Positions 11,188-19,144 of a stretch of 32,000 bases of DNA are shown one piece after another. The stretch is taken from positions 2,430,001 through 2,462,000 of the forward strand of contig NZ_AP012549.1 of assembly GCF_000829235.1 (NCBI RefSeq), read 5' to 3'. Under the pieces are notes generated by a model. It ran no database searches, was not told the DNA's origin, and saw nothing but the letters and a program-made list of their open reading frames with translations. The position numbers and the translations under genes are program-made. This DNA comes from a cyanobacterium endosymbiont of Epithemia turgida isolate EtSB Lake Yunoko. GTDB taxonomy: Bacteria > Cyanobacteriota > Cyanobacteriia > Cyanobacteriales > Microcystaceae. Position 1 is the stretch's first letter. Every line of letters begins with the position of its first letter.

Positions 11188-11239
11188 ATTTTAGATAGTA
11201 CACATTGACAAATTATGTCAAATGTGTACTATCTAAAAT
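11188..11239. promoter_or_regulatory. 52-bp near-perfect palindrome carrying a consensus TTGACA on each strand (candidate bidirectional promoter or operator)
   Basis: 23 bp pair (11188-11210 with 11216-11239), with one bulged A and a 5-nt loop aatta. Plus strand: TTGACA 11205-11210, N16, TACTAT 11227-11232. Minus strand: TTGACA 11221-11216, N15, TACTAT 11200-11195, pointing at infC 186 nt away. Confidence 0.45.
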
Positions 11240-12319
11240 AGATAAAGTAATCACTAGTAAAACCACGGTCAACCTCAAAAAATAGTTTCCTTTCAGTTTA
11301 ACACCAATTGTCCATTAACTCTTTAATCCTCATGAATTCTAATCGAATAAAAGCTCACAGAGCACTAAAAAAGTAAGTTAAGATCATCTCATATTTTTTA
11401 AGCAAGATTTTATCAGTTCCACATTATTACTTTAGGACTTAAGAGTAACATTCAGTAATTTAATTTTTCGACTGAAGAAATATATCTTTAGTAACTACAT
11501 TTAAGTTTAAGTCCTCAAAAGAATATAGTGTCGATTAGTATTATCTGTAATTTTTTTTAAAATTTTAATTTTCCCAAGCTCTTTGAAATAAATGATTATA
11601 TGATTTTCCTTTGTATCTAGACTTTCAACTGACTGTTACTCTTCTTTTTGGATTAAGAATTATCGATTTTAGCTATTCTTGTTTTCCCCTAATTTCTGGT
11701 TATTATATAAGCTCTTACATATATCATGCTGAACAAACAATTACAGCCTAAATATTGAGATTAAGAAATAAATATAAAAGTCTAAATGAAAATTGGACGT
11801 TTACTTCCTCATGATGATTCGGATCACTATCTCCTCTTTTCTGTTAATTTTTTTCTTTAGTTTCAGCAACCAGTTTATATTTCAACACATTTTATATTTA
11901 AGTTTTTCTGTCAATACATAATACCTAAAACTTATCAATGATTTTAATGGAAACTATTAAAAATCTTGACGATACCGGGTTTTATATTTTTTTCTGCTTA
12001 TCCTTAATGATTATTTTAGAATAAATCAATTTTTAGGATGTGTAACAGCAAGATTGGATTTAGCGCGGTTGGAAGATTCGATATACTTATTTTCGATCAA
12101 TGATAAATCAGTTAATATCTAAGTGAATAGACAAGAATATTTCTTAAAGACTATATGCTAAACAAAATATTACCTAGGAAGAGTTAGATAAGCTACAGTA
12201 TTATAAGTATTTTTTTCCTTTTTTTTGTGTGATGCATCAGAAATGTTTTTTTGTGTAACATGCTATGCTAACACACTATCTAGTTCTTTTAAGAAATACA
12301 ATTATACCGAACTGATGAT

Positions 12320-12372
12320 ATAAAATTAACCAGTAAAATTTAAAATCTGAGAATTTTACTGGTTAATTTTAT
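12320..12372. repeat. Inverted repeat, 21-bp perfect arms, 11-nt loop
   Basis: 12320-12340 (ataaaattaaccagtaaaatt) pairs perfectly with 12352-12372 (aattttactggttaattttat). It lies in the middle of the infC-msrA spacer. Confidence 0.75.
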
Positions 12373-13006
12373 GTAACCTATAGATCAATAATCTCTTTTT
12401 AAAATCAATTTTTATTTGTTGTTAATTACACTTTTATATGAAAAAATTACATATGGATATATTTGATAGATATTTTGGATATAAATAGTGAAGTTTTCTA
12501 TACTTGATTTAATACAACTTTTTTTTGCTTGACTATATTTTTCTGAAGTTAAATAAATATATTCTTTCTTAAGAGGGCTACAAACCAATTTTTAAAAATT
12601 TTAATTTGATTGTCTAGTTGACACGTATTTAGTTTGAACTACTAATTTATTGACAGTATTCTGATGAAATTTTTCAATATATATACTAATATTTATGATA
12701 ATTTTATTTTGATAGTTTAGTATATTTTTTATATTAAAAATACTTAATTTTTCTCTAAATTTATTTTCATATCATAGATATGTCAATATACTATGGAAAA
12801 TTTATGTATTTTAAATAAATAGCTGGTTTTAAGCTGATTTAAAAACTTAAAATCAAGCATAGTGTTATTATCATTTATTACTTATATTGTTCCCGTATAT
12901 CTTATAATATTAGCACATAATTCAATTGAGCAATAACACCTTTAGGTTTTTATTAAGCTTCTAAGTAGTCCAAATTACTAAAGGTCCTATGGTAATTAAC
13001 TAAATA

Positions 13007-13052
13007 TTACTACTTCTTAGTAATAAATTATTTTATTACTAAGAAATAGTAA
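13007..13052. repeat. Inverted repeat, 21-bp arms with one mismatch, 4-nt loop
   Basis: 13007-13027 pairs with 13032-13052, with a single mismatch at 13013/13046. It lies about 110 nt downstream of the msrA stop on the minus strand. There is no clear U-tail, so terminator status is uncertain. Confidence 0.65.
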
Positions 13053-13162
13053 ATTTTTCTGAGATAAACAGATATTTTTTATTGACTCAAAAGATAAATA
13101 GTTAATATTTTATTCGAATTTGAAATGAACTTAACACCTGATAGAAAATAATTGGTCAATAG

Positions 13163-13825
13163 TTAATTACCTGTCGTATTGAAACCAGCAGGAAAAATAA
13201 CATTTATTCCTTCCAAACCACAATAACCGTTAGGATTTTTGGCAAGATACTGTTGATGATAAATTTCTGCATAGTAAAATACAGAAGCATCCAAAATTTC
13301 CGTAGTAATTTTGCTATATCCCATTTCAGTTAATGCTTTTTGGTAAACTTCTTTAGAAGCTTCTGCTTGTTGTTTTTGTTCGGGGGAATAAACATAAATT
13401 CCTGAACGATATTGAGTTCCTATATCATTTCCCTGACACATTCCCTGGGTGGGGTTATGACTTTCCCAAAATATCTTTAACAGTTGTTCATAGCTAATAA
13501 TTTTGGGTTCAAAAACTACTAACACTACTTCATTATGACCCGTAAGTCCGGTACAAACTTCTCGATAAGTAGGATTAGGAGTTAACCCGGCTGTGTACCC
13601 TACTGCAGTCGTATACACCCCTTCAAGTTGCCAAAATGTCTGTTCCGCTCCCCAAAAACATCCTAATCCAAACATTGCGGTTTTCATTCTTTCAGGAAAG
13701 GGACATTTAATAGGATTTCCATGAACATAGTGGAAAGTTGAGACGAACATTTTCGCTTCTCGCCCAGGCAATGCTGTCTCAGAAGTAGGCATAGCTGATT
13801 TTTTACCAAATCCAAATAATTTCAT
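13163..13825 (-). CDS. msrA: Peptide-methionine (S)-S-oxide reductase
   Basis: 220 aa with an ATG start. It has the active-site motif GLGCFWG plus YRSGIY and HQQYL. Confidence 0.9.
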   Translation of the reverse strand: MKLFGFGKKSAMPTSETALPGREAKMFVSTFHYVHGNPIKCPFPERMKTAMFGLGCFWGAEQTFWQLEGVYTTAVGYTAGLTPNPTYREVCTGLTGHNEVVLVVFEPKIISYEQLLKIFWESHNPTQGMCQGNDIGTQYRSGIYVYSPEQKQQAEASKEVYQKALTEMGYSKITTEILDASVFYYAEIYHQQYLAKNPNGYCGLEGINVIFPAGFNTTGN

Positions 13826-14182
13826 AGTTTTTTACCTAAATAAATATCCTATTCTTATCTTAAATAGAAAAAATCGCTTCTTCAAAGTTATAGTTAATCA
13901 CTACCACATCCACCACATTTATTGTAACTACTGCTGCAACCATACTCTGAATCTACTCCCCTCTTAAGAGATAGCCAATTTCATCTACACGTTGTTTCTT
14001 CACTACTTAAACTTCCAAAATTAAAGAAATCACTAATATGAGTAACATAATATTCAGGACATTTTTTATATATTTCTTTTGAAGAAGTAGTATTTTTAGT
14101 GATCAAAACTTTTGCCCAGTAAACTAACTTATAAACTTATTTTATTTTCGGTTTAACTTGGATATAATTCTTTATAAGTTAT

Positions 14183-14238
14183 AATGATTCCTAGTATATA
14201 TAATTAATAATTATTAATTATATATACTAGGAATCATT
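14183..14238. repeat. 56-bp perfect palindrome with no loop (cruciform-capable)
   Basis: aatgattcctagtatatataattaataa | ttattaattatatatactaggaatcatt. Every one of the 28 pairs was checked. Only 8 of 56 positions are G/C. Confidence 0.9.
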
Positions 14239-14921
14239 GATTATATAACGTTATTATTGATTTTTATATTAAAACTAATTAATCAGTATTAATATTTATT
14301 TTCTATTTATAAAAAGATCAAAACTATTGTATTTATTCTATGATTTTCCTATAACTATCTGAGATATAAGTAAAATTTTTTTACCTTTACCTATTATTAC
14401 CCCTCAGTAAAAATTAAATCCGTTCCAGGAGTTTGTTCTCCTATGGCTGTGGCTTCGGTTTTAACCCTTCCTTTAACGCTTAGGAATCAAAGGTTAGCTT
14501 TCTTCCTATCCTTTACAGCTTAGAGGACTTAGAACAAACATTGGGGTGGGCTGATATAGTGCTGTTGTTAAAAGTTAGTTCGGTCTACTCCCAAGTGTGG
14601 TAAATTTTGCGACGGTTAAATTTATTAGAGCACGCTTGGGTGGTGGAACAGGCGACTCAATCGGATCAAGTCATTTATGATGAGTTGGAGGAGCAATCAA
14701 ACCTTCTACTTTCTTATTTTTCCTTTCTCCTTTCTCATTATTTACGTCAAGCCTAGCGATCTTCGCAACTCAATTTAACGTCCTATAAACCTTTTCTTTA
14801 TTAGGTTTTAGGATTTTAGCTAAAAAAATATAGCTTTTATTCCAGTCAAAATTATGTCAATTAACTGCCGACTTCGACAATAGTAAATATTGGATATCAT
14901 TAACTTTCTTGAGCAATTCCT

Positions 14922-15154
14922 ATGAGTGTTACTACCCTTCCTATCCTTAAGTCCTCTTTAAGATGTTCATCATATAATCAGTATTATCACTAATCAAGTC
15001 CGTCAACTTGTCAAAAAAGAAACGACGAGTCGTCATAAACCTAATTAATATCCTTTGCGAGTGTGTCTCCCCTCGTGAATGGGTATATGTGAAAACAGAA
15101 TTAGAAAGATATAATTATTTACTACGAGATCAAATCGGCAATCCGATTAAATAA
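14922..15154 (+). pseudogene. Frameshifted relic of a small (about 77 aa) unidentified protein
   Basis: ATG at 14922 opens MSVTTLPILKSSL. The protein-like reading continues only by changing frame twice: DVHHIISIITNQVRQLVKKETTSRHKPN*, then ILCECVSPREWVYVKTELERYNYLLRDQIGNPIK* ending at 15154. Local G+C is higher than in the surrounding spacer. Confidence 0.35.
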
Positions 15155-15299
15155 CCAGCCTCAGTACTAGCCAACTGGTTTGAGATACTCTTTTAAGTCT
15201 CGGACACGTCCATCCTTGACCGTCAATAAAACTTTAGCTACAAAGAAAGGGATTTGGATCAATATTTAGGATTACAAAACAGTTCAACAAAACCCGCTC

Positions 15300-15434
15300 C
15301 TATGTGAGGCTATTCGATAGCCCTTTAAGATCAACCATCAACTCATCAATTTTTTCTTTAAGAGTTTGAGCAACTTCAGGACTAAAATTAAAGCTGACGG
15401 GTCCTTGAACTAAGTTTAGTGTCAGTTGCGTCAT
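15300..15434 (-). CDS. Unannotated 44-aa ORF (MTQLTLNLVQGPVSFNFSPEVAQTLKEKIDELMVDLKGLSNSLT), possibly a truncated relic
   Basis: ATG at 15434 and TAG at 15300-15302, read by hand. The composition is non-AT-biased and protein-like. I recognised no family. Confidence 0.25.
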   Translation of the reverse strand: MTQLTLNLVQGPVSFNFSPEVAQTLKEKIDELMVDLKGLSNSLT

Positions 15435-15974
15435 TGATAAAAAATACAGCATGTAAGGATATCTTCACAACTACTAGATACTCCCCACTTGGGAGAGAAT
15501 GTAACTCTAAATAAAGATAAATTACTTATTATGCATATCAATTTTACTTATCTACCGTCAAAGACAGAATACTATAGTTTTACCCTATTTATCTATGTTT
15601 TCAGGGAATGTTAACAACTTTTGTTAGAAATAAGTGAACCTTATAGTAGGTAGTAAACTGTCGACGTTAATGGGAGTTTCCTGCGTTTTCAGTTTAAATT
15701 GAGATCTAAGCTATTTATCATCTAAATCAACATGTTGAGACTAGAAAGATAAGGGAGTGAGAGGAGGAGAAATGGACGGTTTTCATGAGGTTAGAATATA
15801 CCCAGTCCAGATCCATAAAAACCTTGCTTAAGCTCCTCTATAAAACTTGACAAACGTCGATACTAGTGTGGTGTGCTTGAGTATCCTATAATAAATGTAT
15901 AGATTCAGTATAGTTGGTGTTTTAACTAATAACTCCTAAGACGACTACCCCAATTATCTAAACACTTATAAATC

Positions 15975-17459
15975 ATGTTAAACCCATTTGAGACAACTAC
16001 TATACTCTTGATCGTTTTGGTCGCCTCGGGGATTTTAACCTGGGGTTATAACAGAACTAAATTCTATGGTAAATCAGTAGTTTTTGCCGAGTTGCAGTCG
16101 TTAGCATTGATAGCTCCCTGGCTAGTATCTTTCGGGTTATTTGCTGCCGGAATTTATCTTAATTTAGTTACAATTTTATTGTTGTTGGTAACTTCATTAG
16201 GAGTATACATTTATTTAGGAAAAAAACTAAGAGCTGAAGGTCAAGACGTCATCCTAAAAAAAAAAGTCGCTGACGGTTTACAAGAACAATGTAAAGCTGA
16301 GAATTCTCAAGTCAATCAATCTGAAAGGACTCATCTTGATTCTAACCTGAAAATTGTAGCAGATACTCTACCTATTCCTAAAGAAGATCTTAGACTGATT
16401 AAAGGCATATTTGGCATTGATACATTTTTTGCGACTGAAACAATTTCTTATCAAGAGGGAGCAATTTTTAAAGGTAATTTACGAGGGGAACCTGACACAG
16501 TTTACCATCACCTTTCAGAAAAATTAAAAGCTCGTTTTTTTGATAAGTACCGTCTCTTTTTAGTAGAAGGAACAGAAAAAAAACCTGTAGTGATAGTGCT
16601 TCCAAGTATTGTTGATCCACGACCAACCACCTTAGTGCAGAAAAATATCGCTTTGGTCCTGTTTGTAGCAACTATTTTAACTAGTTTAGAAGCATCAGGA
16701 ATTCTGTTAGGATTCGATTTGTTCAGTAACTGGAGTCGTTATCTAGAAGTTATACCCCTTAGTTTAGGACTGTGGACAGTTTTAATTGCCCATGAGATTA
16801 GTCATCGTCTTCTTGCAAAACATCACAATGTGCGCCTGAGTGTTCCATTTTTTCTTCCCACCTGGCAAATTGGATCGTTTGGGGCAATTACTCACTTTGA
16901 ATCCTTACTGCCTAACCGAAATGTCTTATTTGATATGGCTTTTGCTGGCTCTGCTGCAGGATGGGGATTTTCTTTAGTATTGCTGACGGTTGGATTGGTA
17001 TTGTCTCATCCAGGAAGTTTGTTTCAAGTACCTACTCAGTTTTTTCAAGGCTCAATTTTAGTTGGCAGTTTAGCTCGGGTGGTGTTCGGAGAAGAACTAC
17101 AAAAATCGCTAATCGATGTTCATCCATTAGCGATTATAGGATGGTTAGGATTAGTTATTAATGCTCTTAATTTGCTTCCTGCGGGTCAGTTAGATGGGGG
17201 ACGAATTGTTCAGGCAATTTATGGAAGAAAAACTGCAAGGAAGACTACAATAGTGTCCTTAATTGTCTTAGGAATTGTAACATTAATTAACCCCCAAAAT
17301 TCTCTTCCTCTTTATTGGGTAATTGTGATTCTTTTTCTCCGACGAGACTTAGAAAGACCAAGTTTAAATGAGTTAACTGAACCTGATGATACCCGTGCTG
17401 CGTTGGGTTTATTAATCATATTTCTTATGTTAATGACTTTAATTCCTTGGTTTTTCTAG
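15975..17459 (+). CDS. M50 site-2 protease family membrane metalloprotease (EGY-like)
   Basis: 494 aa and polytopic. It has an HExxH motif (AHEISHRL) and a second metal-ligand motif NLLPAGQLDGG. Confidence 0.85.
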   Translation: MLNPFETTTILLIVLVASGILTWGYNRTKFYGKSVVFAELQSLALIAPWLVSFGLFAAGIYLNLVTILLLLVTSLGVYIYLGKKLRAEGQDVILKKKVADGLQEQCKAENSQVNQSERTHLDSNLKIVADTLPIPKEDLRLIKGIFGIDTFFATETISYQEGAIFKGNLRGEPDTVYHHLSEKLKARFFDKYRLFLVEGTEKKPVVIVLPSIVDPRPTTLVQKNIALVLFVATILTSLEASGILLGFDLFSNWSRYLEVIPLSLGLWTVLIAHEISHRLLAKHHNVRLSVPFFLPTWQIGSFGAITHFESLLPNRNVLFDMAFAGSAAGWGFSLVLLTVGLVLSHPGSLFQVPTQFFQGSILVGSLARVVFGEELQKSLIDVHPLAIIGWLGLVINALNLLPAGQLDGGRIVQAIYGRKTARKTTIVSLIVLGIVTLINPQNSLPLYWVIVILFLRRDLERPSLNELTEPDDTRAALGLLIIFLMLMTLIPWFF

Positions 17460-18320
17460 CCTACCTATAATAAGGTAAAAATCGATGGATATTAAAAATT
17501 TTATTTTACAAGGTTACCAACTTTGCGAATACTTAATTTTTATAGAATTAGATTTTTATAAATCTATAACACAATTATAATAGAAATTATAAAAATCATC
17601 AGCTGCTAATTTATCAAACCCAGTATAGAATAGTTAACTCCTTTAAGTTTTAGCTAGGAAACAAAAAAAATAGTAGCTATGAAGATTAATTTGTTGATTA
17701 CTATCAAGCTAAAATCATGAACTCTTATATACAGTTGCCATTTTATAAATTTTTATTTAATACTATTTTTTATTTAAAACTATTATCTTTCTATATATAT
17801 CCAGTTCTGGACCATAAATAAAAAAAATAGATAAAATTATTTATTTTTTTAGAGTTTTAGTTCGGCTTTAACTATACCACTTGTATATACTTGGTTATTA
17901 TCAAAAAATAATGACTTGATTTATTTCTTTTCAGAATATGGTGACTACTTGTGCTTACTTTTATTTTCGTTGTTAGAAAAATTTTTTGTCTGCAAGTCAA
18001 CCTCAATAACAAGTCAAGCTCAATAATTTTTACTCTCTTTAAACTATGTCATTATTGCTTACTTATTTAAGCTTATTGAGCTTAATATTATATTAAGAAC
18101 TATTAATCTATTTATTTTTTAAAAGTGGGATAACAAACTAACAGTTGACGCATGACAACCTAATTAGTGTCTTTTAAAATAAAAAATCTCTATTTTAAAA
18201 CTCGTAACAATTATCTATTCCATCATCATAAATTTAAACAATCCTGAAACCTAAAGTTTTTATTGATTAGTATTGTAGTCATAGTATTACTGGAAATTGC
18301 AGTTTTTGTATTTATATCTT

Positions 18321-19118
18321 TCATCTCGATGGTTGTATTTCTGAAAAATGTGGATACTTTATATAGAATCCAGTCAAAATCAATAAAATAATGCCAATAG
18401 TTCCAATTCCCAAATAACTAGGAACCCAAAAAGAGGCTTCAATAGTATTGATTTGACCAGGTTTTAATTCCCAAATAATCTGATGTTTTTTTTGCTTAAA
18501 AGAGGTATTACTAACAATATTTTTAAGTCCAAAAGGAGCTTTTAGAATAAATTCTAAGTCTACTAATGATCCTGTACTAAGAATAACATTGCCCTGACTC
18601 GATAAAATTCCTAACGCTCGTAAATCTACTTCTAGATTAAGTAAATTATGTTCTATAAATAGCCAATTATCTTGTTTTAAAGACATTTTGGCTTTAAGGT
18701 TCACTAAATCTGAATCGTTGTCCTTAAGAGACTGAGTTTTTCTAGACGTAGGAAAATTTAAAAATTTATTGAATTTCTCAATCAGTTCTTTACCATTCCC
18801 GAAAGGAATTTTGACAATAATCTCTCGGGGAGATATCCGTTTAGCTTTTCCTTGAAGATTTTCTGCCCGTTTTTCAAGGCTGTCTAACCATTTATTCACT
18901 TCCGTTTGACTTAAGTTAGTTAACTGTTCAGTCAAGCTAATATGTTGTACAATTTCTCCTCGATGTTGTTGAAAAAAATCTACACTTACACCATAGTGAA
19001 CACACCCACTTAATAGGGTTAATAAACTAATGACTAGAGGCGTTAAAAAAAACCTTAACAAACCACTAAATGCCTGATTTTTACTTTTTTTATTGAAATA
19101 CTGTTCTTGATTTTTCAC
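18321..19118 (-). CDS. Conserved cyanobacterial lipoprotein with C-terminal TM anchor (tentatively DUF3153-like)
   Basis: 265 aa. It has a lipobox LLSGC after a hydrophobic segment and a C-terminal TM (LGIGTIGIILLILTGFYI). The start is GTG, 26 nt after the stop of the RNB gene, so they are probably co-transcribed. The family name is from memory only. Confidence 0.6.
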   Translation of the reverse strand: MKNQEQYFNKKSKNQAFSGLLRFFLTPLVISLLTLLSGCVHYGVSVDFFQQHRGEIVQHISLTEQLTNLSQTEVNKWLDSLEKRAENLQGKAKRISPREIIVKIPFGNGKELIEKFNKFLNFPTSRKTQSLKDNDSDLVNLKAKMSLKQDNWLFIEHNLLNLEVDLRALGILSSQGNVILSTGSLVDLEFILKAPFGLKNIVSNTSFKQKKHQIIWELKPGQINTIEASFWVPSYLGIGTIGIILLILTGFYIKYPHFSEIQPSR

Positions 19119-19144
19119 GGTTAACCATTAACTTTTAACTAAAA

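Noticed and set aside
9120-13160. A/T skew switch as a replication origin or terminus
   Set aside because: I found only scattered single near-matches to DnaA boxes, such as TTTCCACA-like sites at about 22520 and 24955 that lie outside this region. There is no cluster and no dnaA/dnaN nearby. The flip occurs over less than 1 kb around one small gene, which fits local gene-orientation fossils better.
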